In this document: one piece after another, positions 12,205-24,294 of the stretch
Layout of the letters: every line of letters begins with the position of its first letter
Position numbering within the stretch: position 1 is the stretch's first letter
NCBI RefSeq assembly: GCF_004010195.1
Contig: NC_057718.1
Coordinates: 33,026,184-33,061,072, forward strand
Origin: Chiloscyllium plagiosum
Lineage: Eukaryota
DNA: 34,889 nt
Direction of reading: 5' to 3'
Program-made: the position numbers and the translations under genes
The notes under the pieces: model-generated
The model's input: the letters and a program-made list of their open reading frames with translations, nothing else
What the model was told of the DNA's origin: nothing
The model's database searches: none

Positions 12205-13482
12205 TTCAAGGGATGTGGTTGTCATTGGCAAGGCCAACGTTTGTCACCCATACTTAATTGTTCTTGAACTGAATGACTGGCTGGGCCATTTCAGAGGGCA
12301 GTTAAGAGTCAATCACACTCCCTTGCCACTAGAGTAGTGTGCAGGCTAGACCAGGGAAGGATGGCAGATTGCCTTCCCTAAAAGACATTAGAATGAATCA
12401 GATGTGTTTTTATAAAGTTGATAGCTTTGTGGTCACTTACACTGGGATTAGAGTCATAAAGATGTACAACACGGAAACAGACCCTTCAGTCCAACTCATC
12501 CATGCCGACCAGATGTCCCAATCCAATCTAGTCCCAACTATCAATACCCGGCCCATATCCCTCCAAACCCTTCCTATTCATATACCCATCCAAATGCCTC
12601 TTAAATGTTGCAATTGTACCAGCCTCCACCACATCCTCTGGCAGCTCACCACCCTCTGCATGAAAATGTTGCCTCTTAGGTCTCTTTTATATCTTTCCCC
12701 CCTCACCCTAAACTTATGCCCTCTAGTTCTGGACTCGCCCACCCCAGGGAAAAGACTTTGTCTATTTATCCTATCCATACCCCTCATGATTTTATAAACC
12801 TCTATAACATCATCCCTCAGCCTCCGACACTATAGGGCAACAGCCCCAGCCTGTTCAGCCCCTCCCTATAGCTCAAATCCTCCAACCCTGGCAACATCCT
12901 GGTAAATCTTTTCTGAACCCTTTCAAGTTTCACATCATCTTTCCGATAAGAAAGAGACCAGAATTACACGCAATATTCCAACAGTGGCCGAACCAGTGTC
13001 CTGTACAGCTGCAACATGACCTCCCAGCTCCTGTACTCAATACTCTGACCAACAAAAGAAAGCATACCAAACGCCTTCTTCACTATCCTATCTACCTGCG
13101 TCTCCACTTTCAAGGAGCTATGAATCTGCACTACACCTCCAATTTTGGTGTCATCAGCAAACTTACTAACTGTACCTCTTATGCTCACATCCCAATCATT
13201 TATATAAATTATGAAAAGTAGTGGAACCAGCACTATTCCTTGTGACACTCCACTGGTCACAGGCCTCCAGTCTGAAAAACAACCCTCCGCCACCACCCTC
13301 TACCTTTGAGCCAGTTCTGTATCCAAATGGTTAGTTCTCCTATTGTTTTAATTCCAGGTTGATTAGTTAAATTTAAATTCCATCAGCTGCCATGGTAGGA
13401 TTTGAACACTTCTTCTGATAGCATTAGCCTGTGCATCTGGGTTACTAGTCCAGTAGCATTGGCATGACATTATTATCTCCCT
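12205..13482 (-). mobile_element. tRNA-derived DeuSINE-like SINE (SacSINE1-like), split by a CR1 insertion into 12205-12449 and 13342-13482
   Basis: tRNA-like head at 13390-13482 (GGATTTGAAC B-box complement); central GAGGGCAGTTAAGAGTCAA...GATGGCAGATTGCCTTCCCTAAA; LINE-type tail GGGATGTGG. Family name is from recall. Confidence 0.65.
12450..13341 (-). mobile_element. 5'-truncated CR1 LINE with an internal deletion
   Basis: ORF 12964..13296 TSGVSQG...IYIND...SKFADDTKIGGVV fused directly to QIHSSLKV; RPLLEYCV; tail at 12450. Confidence 0.93.
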
Positions 13483-16400
13483 TCAGCCAAGATGAATAAC
13501 TGCCGACGTTATGACCAAGAGATTCTTGCTTCCCACTCCATCTTCACACTAACCAGCACCTTCTGCTTTCAAACATACAAGAACTGGAGCCTATCCACCC
13601 AAACAGGCCATGGCGGAAGAGAGAGGACAACTCCAGACCATTAATAAACTATCCTTGTCACTTGACTTGACTCAGCAGTTCAGATGCTGGCATTGTACAT
13701 ACCTTAGGGGTTGGTAGGGAGCTGGGATCACTACCTAGTGAGTCATCAGGCTGTAGCAATGCCAGGGATAGAGAATACTTCATTTGCCAGCTCAATGAAG
13801 GCAAGGTTGCAGATGAGTTCGGTGGCAAAGGAATATTATGAGAACCTCAATGTGGAAGCATGCAAAAGAGCACTGAGAAGCTGGGTGTACTGGCTAACCT
13901 GCCGGACAGCCTCCTGTCACTCTCAAAGACCATGGAGCGTACAGCTCTAAAATAACAGAACGTACCGCATTAGAGTTTTCCTTGTCAGCAGCTTCACTCC
14001 ATCCCTTTGTTACTTACCCAGAGGTGCTGCAACCACAGCACTTGTTGTATAGAATCTATGTGGACAGATTATTTTAGTTCACCCTGAAGCACGCAAATCC
14101 AGGAGTTCATACCAGGCCAAAGACGCTACAGAGCAGTTTCAAGCACTTGGCAGTGGCAGGAAGTTTCAAAATAAATGTAACCGTGCATTAAGTACTTGCA
14201 CGGCCCTTTAACTAGCACTGCTGCAGAATCCATAAGAGCCTGACCTTTGTACAGTGTGCACATAAATTTGACCAATGGATCTTCCTACCTTAAATAGGAG
14301 GTCCACTGCTGTATGTGTCAGTCAGGCTGTGTGGTGCCAGGTTAACATAAAGACAAGCTTCTGGGGGTTGCATATGCAAGGGAGCATCTATGTGAGCACA
14401 TTTCTCAAGGGGGATATGCTGAGTATGCGGGAAAGGACAAAAGCAGTTTGTAGCATTGCACACCCAACAATAGAAGACTAAGCTTACACCTCCAGCATGG
14501 CTAAGGAAACCACATTCTCAGACATACCACCAAATGATAAAACAATAATCCACTTTGTGAATGAAACCAAAGTATTTTGGACACATGAATCACCAAATTT
14601 CATTTCCTTAATGTAAATTTCACATAGGACAAGGATAAAGGCCCAATGGTTCTAACACAGTGTCAAGACAAAGACGGGGCAGAACTTAGGTGAATCACAG
14701 TTCCACCAGATTTCTTGAATTTAAAGGCCTCCTGTGTTTAATGATGTATGAGGCAAATAAAGCACGTTCCCATTTTTGTTTTCGGTAATTTGTTTTTCCT
14801 GGAAGAAGTTACCGGCCTGAATTCAAAGGCTATACCTTGATAAGTGGCCACACTGCATCAAGTATGGCTCTTACCAGCTGCTAAAGACTGAGTGTGTTGG
14901 AAAGATTTGCAGGTTGATGATCAAATTAGTTGGGCTGAGTTAGGAATGCACCTTCAATCATTTAACTGTAACATCTGGTTGTGAGACAGGGACCCACTGC
15001 ACTGCATGATACCCTCTCCACTCCCCAACATTTCCAACTATGTCTTACATGAAGCTATTTTCCAATTGGGTGCTTTTGGCCCATTTTCCTGCCCCATTTT
15101 GAAGAAACCAAGTGGCAGAATCTCAAGGCCATGTCAAGAATTTCACCCAGTTCACTTTCTATGAAGGGTATATGTAAGCGTTTCTGAGGGCTCATGAAAG
15201 ATGCCAAGCTTTCAATAGACAAAAAGCACCGAGTGCTCAGAAAATGAACAAATTTATTTTTGCCATTCATTGGCTTCTCTTCTGCCTTTTGAGGGATTGT
15301 ATTGCTATGGTTTTCTGGGCCTCTATTAGCTTATAAGTGTCTGTAACTTACCTCATTCATGATACAATCCCAGGTTAAATTGCTGACCATGGTCAGGCTT
15401 CCAGTATTTCTGGTGGCAGAGGTTCTGAGCATTTGGTATTTCCACCAGTGGTGTAAGGCTCTCAAAATGTCAGCTTCAAGGTTTGTGCACAGTATAGATG
15501 ACCCTCAATGAATTTCATTTATCATAATTCATTGATCAGTTTGTAGTATAAAGCCAGAGTAAATAAAAGATGATACAAACCAATAACTTAACGTCTTGAC
15601 TCATATCAAAGATGGAATATATCAACACATTCAATCCTATTCTTTCTAACTGAGAAAACTGACCATTTGTGAATATCAGAATTTACAGAATTCATGTGAT
15701 ATCTTTGTTGTTAATCGTATTCACAGTCTCAGCTGAATAACAAAACCTTCAATGAAACAATTCATGCCTGTCGAACAGCAGCCCAGGACAATAGTGCCAG
15801 GAAAGGACAGGAGAACATTTATTTACACTATGAAAAGTAGCATAAGGACACTTTACCTGAATACTCATCGCATTCGAAACAAGGTTGATGAGATAACGAC
15901 ACAAATCATTGCGAATGAATATGATTTAGTAGTCATTATGGAGACATGGTTATAGGACGGTCACAACTGAGAGTTAAATATCCAGGGGTATCAGACTATT
16001 CAGAAGGACAGACAGGAAGGGAGGGGAGTTGGTGTAGATCTGATATTCAAGGACGACATCAGAGCTGTGCTGAGAGATGATAGAGGTTCTATGGAAAATG
16101 AAGTTGAATCCATTTGGGTGGAAATTAGAAATTCTAAGAAGATAAAGTTACTGATAGACATAGTTTATCGGCCACCAAATAATAACATCACATTGGGTAG
16201 GCAATAAATAAAGAAATAACTAATGTCTGTAAAAATGGTATGGCAATTATAATGGGGGATTTTAATCTACATGTCGATTGGTTGAACCAGCTTGGTCAGG
16301 GTAGCCTTGAGGAGGAGATCGTTGAGTGTATTCACGATAGTTTTCTTGAGCAGAATGTAATGGAACTGACGAGGGAGCAAGCTATCCTCGATCTGGTCCT

Positions 16401-18054
16401 GTGTAGTGAGACAGGAATAATTAATGATCTCATAGCTAGGGATCCTCTTGGAAGGAGTGATCACAGTATGGTTGAAATTAGAATAAAGATAGAGAGTGTA
16501 AAGATAAAAGCCAATACTGTGCTTAAACAAGGGAGACTACAACAGAATGATGAAGGAGTTGGCTAAAGTAGACTGGAAACAGATTTTATGGTGGGATGGT
16601 TGACGTCAAAGAAATTTTTCGAAGCGCTCATCAAAAGTATATTCCAGTGAAAAGGAAGGACTGCAAGAAAAAGAGTCATCTGCCATGGGTATCTAAGGAA
16701 ATAAGGGAGTCTATCAAATTGAAAGAGAAGGCATACAAAGTGACCAAGAATAACAGGAAACTAGAAGATTGGGAAAACTTTAAAGGTCAACAGAAAGCCA
16801 CAGAAAGAGCTATAAAGAAAACTAAGATAGAACATGAGAAAAACCTAACACAGAATATAAAGACAGATAGCATATGTTTCTATAAATGAAAAAGAGTGGC
16901 TAAAGTAATCATTGGTCCTTTAGATGGTGAGAAGGGGCATTTAGTTTTGGGATATGATGAAATAGCTGAGGCATTGAACAGGTATTTTGTTTTGGTCTCC
17001 ATAGTGAAGAGCATTAGTAACACATCAGTAATTGACAAAAAGACGAAGGTAGGTGAGCACCTGGAAACAATTATTATTATGGAAGAAGTAGTATTGGGCA
17101 AACTAATGGAGCTAAGGATAGACAAGTTTCCTGGCCCTGATGAAATGCATCCCAGAGTACTAAAAGAGCTGGTAGGAGAATTAGCAGGTGCACTGGTGGT
17201 AATTTTCCTGGGGCAGTTCCAGCAGATTGGAAAACAGCAAATGTGACACCACTGTTTAAAAAGGGAGGTAGACAAATGATGGGGAATTATAGACTGGTCA
17301 GCTTAACTTCTGTAGTGGGGAAGATGCTTGAGTCCATTATCAAGGAAGAAATAGCAAGGCATCTCGGGAGAAATTGTCCCGTTGGGCAGATGCAGCATGG
17401 GTTCAAGAAGGGCAGGTTATGCCTAACAAATCTTTTGGAATTCTCTGAAGACATTATGAGCAGGGTGAACAACAGGGACCCAGTAGATGTGGTGTACCTA
17501 GATGTCCAAAAGGCCTTTGACAAGGTGCCGCACAAGAGGCTGCTGCATAAGATAAGGCTGCGTGGCGTTTCCGGTAAAGTATTAGCATGGATAGAGGATT
17601 GGCTGACTAACAGGAAGCAAAGAGTGTGGATAAATGAGTGCTACTCTGTTGGCATTGAGTAACTAGTGGTGTGCCTCAGGGATCAGTGTAGGGACCGCAA
17701 TTATTCACAATTTATATAGATGATTTGGAATTGGGGACTACGTGTAGTGTATCAAAGTTTTCAGATGATACTAAGATGAGTGGCAGAGCAAAGTGTGCAG
17801 AGGAAGGCAGATACTTTAAGTGAGTGTGAAAAGGTCTGGCAGGTAGAATACAATGATAATAAATGCGAAGTCATCCACTTTGGTAGGAGTAACAGTAAAA
17901 AGGATTATTACTTGAATGGTAAAAAGTTGCAGCATGCTGCTTTGCAGAGGGACCTGGGTATCCTTGTGCATGAATCACAGAAGGTTGGCCTGCAGGTGCA
18001 ATAGGTAATTAGGAAGGCAAATGGAATTTTGTCCTTCATTGCTAAAGGGATTGA

Positions 18055-18299
18055 GTTGAATCGCTGAACGGTACATCAAATAAGGAAAAGTCAGCAAACG
18101 ATGTTATGGACCAGACCAAACACCCTCAAAACATATCAAGAAGATAGCTGAGATCTGAGCTTTCCTTATTTTAAAGTCAAGTGCCAGGCATTGCATTCCA
18201 GATGCAATTCGATTGGTCAAACTATCAGGCTTGAAGAAAAACACACTTATTCTTACACTGCAGTTAAAGTACAGACAAAATAAAAACAAAATAAAAGAA
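18055..18299 (+). repeat. ~245 bp non-CR1 segment, inverted copy of 21251-21495 (its last bases reappear at 19836-19844)
   Basis: Ungapped alignment to the reverse complement of 21251-21495, about 29 mismatches counted by eye (~88% identity). Confidence 0.9.
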
Positions 18300-19832
18300 G
18301 GTGTACCGAGAAGTCTGTGAGAAGCGAGAGAAGTGATTGCTGGGCCTCTTGCTGAGATATTTATATCATCGATAGTCACAGGTGAGGTGCCGGAACACTG
18401 GAGGTTGGCAAACGTGGTGCCACTGTTTAAGAAGGGTGGTAAAGACAAGCCAGGAAACTATAGACCAGTGAGCCTGACCTCAGTGGTGGGCACGTTGTTG
18501 GAGGGAATCCTGAGGGACAGGATGTACATGTATTTGGAAAGGCAAGGACTGATTCGGGATAGCCAACATGGCTTTGTGCGTGTGAAATCATGTTTCACAA
18601 ACTTGGTTGAGTTTTTTGAAGAAGTAGCAAAGAGGATTGATGAGGGCAGAGCAGTAGATGTGATCTATATGNNNNNNNNNNNNNNNNNNNNNNNNNNNNN
18701 NNNNNNNNNNNNNNNNNNNNNNNNNNNNNNNNNNNNNNNNNNNNNNNNNNNNNNNNNNNNNNNNNNNNNNNNNNNNNNNNNNNNNNNNNNNNNNNNNNNN
18801 NNNNNNNNNNNNNNNNNNNNNNNNNNNNNNNNNNNNNNNNNNNNNNNNNNNNNNNNNNNNNNNNNNNNNNNNNNNNNNNNNNNNNNNNNNNNNNNNNNNN
18901 NNNNNNNNNNNNNNNNNNNNNNNNNNNNNNNNNNNNNNNNNNNNNNNNNNNNNNNNNNNNNNNNNNNNNNNNNNNNNNNNNNNNNNNNNNNNNNNNNNNN
19001 NNNNNNNNNNNNNNNNNNNNNNNNNNNNNNNNNNNNNNNNNNNNNNNNNNNNNNNNNNNNNNNNNNNNNNNNNNNNNNNNNNNNNNNNNNNNNNNNNNNN
19101 NNNNNNNNNNNNNNNNNNNNNNNNNNNNNNNNNNNNNNNNNNNNNNNNNNNNNNNNNNNNNNNNNNNNNNNNNNNNNNNNNNNNNNNNNNNNNNNNNNNN
19201 NNNNNNNNNNNNTTTATTGGTCAGAGTATTGAGTACAGGAGTTAGGAGGTCATGTTGCGGCTGTACAGGACATTGGTTAGGCCACTGCTGGAATATTGCA
19301 TGCAATTCTGGTCTCCTTCCTATTGGAAAGATGTTGTGAAACTTGAAAGTGTTCAGAAAAGATTTACAAAGATGTTGTCAGAGTTGGAGGATTTGAGCTA
19401 CAGGGAGAGGCTGAACAGGCTGGGGCTCTTTTCCCTGGACCGTCGGAGGCTGAGGGGTGACCTTATAGAGGTTTACAAAATGATGACGGGCATGGGTAGG
19501 GTAAATAGACAAAGTCTTTTCCCTGGGGTTAGGGAGTCCAGAACTAGAGGGCATAGGTTTAGGGTGACTGGGGAAAGATCTAAAAGAGACCTAAGGGGCA
19601 GCTTTTTCACGCAGAGGATGGTACATGTATGGAATGAACTGCCAGAGGAAGTGGTGGAGGCTGGTACAATTGCAACATTTAAGAGGCATTTGGATGGGTA
19701 TATGAATAGGAAGGGTTTGGAGGGATATGGGCCAGCTGCTGGCAGGAGGGACTAGGTTGGGTTGGGATATATGGTCAGCATGGACGGGTTGGACCAAAGG
19801 GTCTGTTTCCATGCTGTACATCTCTATGACTC
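18300..19832 (+). mobile_element. CR1-B: younger 5'-truncated CR1 nested in CR1-A, spanning the assembly gap
   Basis: Well-preserved WRLANVVPLFKKG...NYRPVSLTS...SQHGF and ORF 19252..19755 (ORF2 C-terminus); tail CTCTATGACTC. Confidence 0.95.
18672..19212. other. Assembly gap (541 N)
   Basis: Run of N flanked on both sides by collinear CR1 RT sequence. Confidence 1.
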
Positions 19833-20624
19833 AGTAATTGGCTTTATGTTGCAGCTGTACAGGGCACTGGTGAGGCCACCCCTGGAATACTGTGTGTAGT
19901 TTTGGGCTCCTTATTTGAGAGAGGATGTACTGGAACTGGAGGGGGTGCAGAATAAGTTCACTAGGTTGATTCTGGAGTTGAGGGGGTTGCCTTATGAGGA
20001 GAGACTGAGTAGACTGGGATTATATTCATTGGAATTCAGGAGAATGAAGGGGGTTCTTTTAGAAGGGAATTGATAAGATAGAGGTAGAAAGGATGTTTCC
20101 ACTGGCAGGTGAAACTAGGACATGAGGAGACAGCCTCAAGATTAGAGGGAGCAGATTTAGGACTGAATTGAGAAGGAACTTCTTCACCCAGAGGGTTGTA
20201 AATCTTTGGAATTCCTTGCCCAGTGAAGTAGCTGATGCTACTTCAGTGAATATTTTTAAAGCTAAGATAGATTTTGTTTGAACAATAAAGGAATTAAGGA
20301 ATACTGTGGGATGATGGGTAAGTGGAGCTGAAGATCAGCCATGATCTTATTAAATGGTGGAGCAGGCTCGAAGGGCCAGACGACTTATTCCTACTCCTAG
20401 TTCTTATGTTGTATGTAAATAGAGGCATTTTGTATGCTGATTGTCAGCAAGAACTTCCCAGTGATATTTCCAATTGAACATCCTGCTCAGTCTATAGAGC
20501 TTGCTAACCAATCCATCATTCACTACTTCTAAATTCAATGGGAAGTAGACTACTATAATTACTATGATCGAAATCAGGAGGATTTCAGCAGAGTAAGTGA
20601 AGTTGCTTGTATTGATAGTACGAT

Positions 20625-20905
20625 TGTGAACTAGAGAGTAGAGATTTTGAAGTGATTGGCTGCACTATCAAAGGCATCAGAAGAAAATGTTTTAATAGTC
20701 ATCTGAAATGTATTGCCTGAATCAGTGATGGAGATTGATTCACTTGTGGATATCAGAAACAAACTAGATAAGCATTTGAAGAAAAAGAAATTCAGCACTT
20801 TGCGGAACATTCAGGAGAACAGGACTAAATGCATTGCTTATGCTGAGAGCCAGCAGAGACTTGATGAGCCGAATGGCCTGCTTCCATGTTGTAACTGTAT
20901 TATCA
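20625..20905 (+). mobile_element. Old degenerate CR1 3' end
   Basis: LPESVMEIDS...KLDKHLK resembles the ORF2 terminus; tail GATGAGCCGAATGGCCTGCTTCC. Confidence 0.6.
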
Positions 20906-21243
20906 ATGGAATTCTCCCACTTTCAGTTTAAATGTTTTGTTGGGTGAGATTCATGGCACCCAGTTCATTGTGGCTTGAAGAGACTTTCCTCAGACAATCT
21001 TCCACTCTTCACCTCATTCAGAATGGAAGCAGGCTTTTGGGCACCTTTTTCAAGGAAGTGTGCAGCCAGTACTTGTCATTGCTGGGGCTATTTTTGTGTT
21101 CATGCTTCGGGGGTCATATTTAAAGCTCAGGTTGCACACCATCTCAGGCATTACCAGCCACGTTCTGTCCCGCACACTGTGACACTCAACTGTCAACACC
21201 TTAAGACAGGACACAAAGGACAGGAAAGCTCACTCCCCAAGTT

Positions 21244-21495
21244 AAGCCAATTCTTTTATTTTGTTTTTATTTTCACTGTATTTTATCTGCAGTGTATGAA
21301 TAAGTGTGTTTTCCTTCAAGCCTGGTAGTTTGACCAATCGAATTACATCTGGAACACAATGCCTTGCACTTGCCTTTAAAATAAGGAAAACTAGGGTCTA
21401 GGTTATCTCCTTGATATGTTTTGAGGGGGTCTAGTCTGGTCCATAACATTTTTGGCTGACCTTTCCTTACTTGATGTACCTTTCAGCGATTCAAC
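21244..21495. repeat. Partner (possible donor) of the 18055-18299 segment; contains an LTR-like end ...CCATAACA at ~21448
   Basis: Inverted ~88% match to 18055-18299. The LTR interpretation rests only on the terminal motif. Confidence 0.75.
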
Positions 21496-22320
21496 CTCGC
21501 CTGCCTTTCACCCTATTATACATCTTGCTTTAATTCTTATTCCATGCACCCTCTTTCAAAGCCCATTACACCTCTAACTTTAGTTCAAATGTGATATCAC
21601 TGATGGGGAACTTGAGGTTGGGAAAGGTATTTAATTAGAAGTGCTGCTGCAGTACCTGAATCCTCCTGCTTTCCAGCCCATGCCTGAAATAATTTTTGTC
21701 AATTAATGACCACTTAAAGGGCATGATATTCCGGATCGCTGATATGAACTCAACTGCAAGAGGACCTATTGCTAAGCCACACACATGATAGCTACAACAA
21801 TGGAGGCAACTTGCCAGCTCTTCAGATTGGGGAATGTGATCTGATGAGGGTAGTTTCCTTTAATCTAACATACCAAACGCCAAATGGAGAATCTCAACAT
21901 CAGGATGGGGCATGCTTGCTGTGAGCCACTTCCTGCCTTTGTTACCAAACTCACTCCCTGCCATATTCTGCCCCAAAACATTCCCTGATATCACTTACAG
22001 GAGTAAATTACTGCAGAAGCTGGAATCCATGCTGAAAGCAAAAAAATGCAAGAGATCATAACGGGTCAGGCAGCATCTGTGGACAGAGAGCAATTTAACG
22101 TTCTGAGTTTAGATGACTTTTCATCAGAGCTGGCGTGAAGTGTGGAGGATGCAGCATTATGCTATAGTTGGCAGGGGAGGGATGGAGTGCTTGGGGAGAA
22201 ATGATGTTGATAGTTCAGATTAAGTGATCGGAATGTGAGAATGGCAGAACAATGGCTTGTCTAACTGACAGACTGGAAAGAACAGACTGTGCCCCTGGGG
22301 TGAATGGAGAGAAGAGATGG

Positions 22321-22363
22321 GAAAATCCTGATGAAGGGCTTTTGCCCGAAACGTCAATTTTCC
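22321..22363 (+). ncRNA. Minimal type I hammerhead ribozyme motif (intact core)
   Basis: GAAAAUC-CUGAUGA-A-GGGC UUUU GCCC-GAAA-CG-UC^AAUUUUCC: conserved CUGAnGA and GAAA boxes, 4 bp helix II, palindromic ACGU helix III, GUC cleavage triplet. Confidence 0.7.
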
Positions 22364-22457
22364 TGCTCCTCGGATGCTGCTTGACCTGCTGTGCTTTTCC
22401 AGCACCACTCTAATCTAGACTCCAATCTCCAGCATCTGCAGTCCTCACTTTTGCCCC
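22321..22457 (+). mobile_element. Short Penelope-derived element, family P1, nested in the older PLE remnant
   Basis: Perfect 15 bp TSD GGAGAGAAGAGATGG at 22306-22320 and 22458-22472; ends CATCTGCAGTCCTCACTTT. Confidence 0.88.
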
Positions 22458-23069
22458 GGAGAGAAGAGATGGCATGGCAACAGAGAATAAACAAGTGAAG
22501 TTAAAAGAAAGGGAAGAAATGAGAGGGAGTTCCTAATCTGAATGTGTTGAACTCAATATTAAGGCCAGAATGTTGTAAAGTGCCTCGTCTGAAGATGAAA
22601 TGTTGCCCCTCCAGTTTGCACTGTGATCTGTTGGAGCATTGCAACATGCCGTGGACTGAGAAGTGGCATGTGAGTAGGATGCTGTGTTAAAATATTGGCT
22701 ACTGGAAGGTTGGGGTCATGCTTGCTTATGGACCAGAGGTGTTCTGCAGAGCGGTGCATTTTTTGTTTTCCAATATCACTTACCTCTGACCCTGGCCACT
22801 CTGGAATCTCGAAATTTGAAGCTTGTTGTTCCAGCAGCAACCACAACTTCCCCTGCAGCGCTGCTGAGCAGAACAAATGCCCATCTATGATTGGCCAGCA
22901 TCTCTTACTTTGTGGGACTTCTGCTGCCATGGTCTTGAGTCCAGGGGAAGGCCTGTCAGCCACCATGCCCCTGCCTAACGAGCTGATGGTTCATCAGGCC
23001 TTCCCAAAAAGGAGTATCATGGGTGAATTGCTGATTTTACAGTCACCCACCAAGACCTCTGATGCCTCA

Positions 23070-23155
23070 ATAAGATTTATCCTGTTAACTCTGTTTCTCT
23101 CTAAAGTGCTCCAGCAGCCTGCTGAGTAATTTGCTGTTTTCATTCCTGATTTCAT
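23070..23155 (+). repeat. Degenerate Penelope pseudo-LTR fragment
   Basis: GTTAACTCTGTTTCTCTCT...CCTGCTGAGT resembles the reverse complement of 30955-31000. Confidence 0.45.
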
Positions 23156-23237
23156 GTTTCTTGTCTGTCCTTACAAGAAGTGAACCCATGCCCAATAATA
23201 GCTTGATTGATATTTTGCCTGATTTGCCCCCAATATA

Positions 23238-23630
23238 CAGAGGAACCTCGATTATCCGGCATTCGATTATCCGAATTTCGGATTATCCGAACAAGGTCCA
23301 ATACTTGGCTAAACTGTGTTATCCAGCATTGTCACCACATTCCTGGAAAACATTCTGATAGTATCTGGCTGGCTGGAGCAAGCTCTGCTTTGTGCAGCTT
23401 TGGCACATACCGGTAGATTGGAGTTACTGCAGTAGATCAACCGTGGGGCTGAATGGTGAATCTGACCCAGACCCAGGACAGAATAGAGTCACAGAAGGCC
23501 ATGACCAGATGAGGGAGAGGAGCAACTTGTGATCTATTACTCTGTCCATGTTTCACAATAAGACAGAAATCAAACGTTTTGCATAAGTTGGTGACAGTGC
23601 TGTTTCAGCAGAAAGACTTATTTAATTACA
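23238..23630. mobile_element. Tc1/mariner (Tigger/pogo-type) DNA transposon end; right boundary uncertain
   Basis: TA followed by CAGAGGAACCTCGATTATCCG and three GATTATCCG subterminal repeats (23250-23289). No matching opposite TIR found. Confidence 0.6.
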
Positions 23631-23959
23631 TTAAAGAAAACGCCTGTGAAAATTGTGATTGCAGGCAGGCAGTGTGCTGTGTAAATCAGGCCTACCTAAC
23701 CAGGAAGAAGATGGTACTGGTATTATGAAACAAAAGGGAACATAAAAGCTGGATCTAGAACAAGGAGAAGAAAAAAAAAGTTGTGGTTGCTTCAGATGCA
23801 TTGAAGGATCTGATTGACCAGAATATGCAATACAGTGCACAGGTAGCAATATTAGTAGATCCATCTGTCAAGACTGACTTGAACTGTACTGAGAAAGCTA
23901 TTGAGAAGTTGTTGATGAGCCTGTAGCAATGGAACTTAGATTGAAGAACGCTACTGTCA

Positions 23960-24294
23960 GATGAGAATTAATTTCTTAAATCTTTGATGGAAAGGAAATG
24001 GAGTTGCACCTGAGGATGATCAGACTTGGAAGGACATTGTGATTAAAATTGGGATTATATCTGCTGGGTAGACTACCTATTAAATCAGTAAAATTTCCCA
24101 CCATTGTATCTGCTAGTTAATTTATAATTGATACAGAAGTTGTTTTGCTACTAGTTCTTGTTGAACTTTCATTGATTTTGATTTGATTATTCAAGTAAAA
24201 GAGATAAAAAGTTAAAATCTTATACATTTTTTTGTTGGAGTCATTCAGTAAATTTGATTCTTTTGCTTTGTTGATGTCCACAGGGATCATAACA
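23960..24294 (+). repeat. Possible decayed LTR 3' portion
   Basis: T-rich U5-like stretch ending GGGATCATAACA; start and TSD not identified. Confidence 0.3.

Larger units (their letters stand above)
15830..20417 (+). mobile_element. CR1-A: near-complete decayed ORF2 (APE and RT) plus 3' tail, interrupted at 18055-19843
   Basis: TLYLNT...ETWL, IMGDFN, AILDLVL, GRSDH (APE); NYRLVSLTS, QHGF, YLDVQKAFDKVPH, GVPQGSV, SKFSDD (RT). Resumes MLQLYRALVRP at 19846; tail TTCTTATGTT at ~20401. Confidence 0.95.
21998..22760 (-). mobile_element. Penelope-like element 3' remnant: GIY-YIG endonuclease C-terminus plus pseudo-LTR with decayed hammerhead
   Basis: Minus strand ~22755-22537 reads (with frameshifts) RSAEHLWSISKHDPNLPVA..FNT...MLQCSNRSQCKLEGQHFIFRRGTLQHSGLNIEFNTFR, a typical PLE ORF end. 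CTGATGA..AGTC..ACTC AGAACGTT at 22127-22097. Confidence 0.85.

Noticed and set aside
14010..14170. Minus-strand GTAAGT donor suggesting an exon
   Set aside because: No convincing acceptor or recognisable reading frame; cannot be supported without RNA data.
15345..15500. Minus-strand AG/GTAAGT donor with one open frame
   Set aside because: The translation resembles nothing I recognise, and such motifs occur by chance.
18333..19305. The two longest ORFs (299 and 236 aa)
   Set aside because: Their length comes from reading through the N gap; the real part is CR1 RT.
21449..21470. TGGCTGACC after CCATAACA as a primer-binding site
   Set aside because: Does not match any tRNA 3' end I can recall.
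22695..23129. 144 aa plus-strand ORF
   Set aside because: Overlaps the antisense of PLE sequence and other decayed repeats; no domain recognised.
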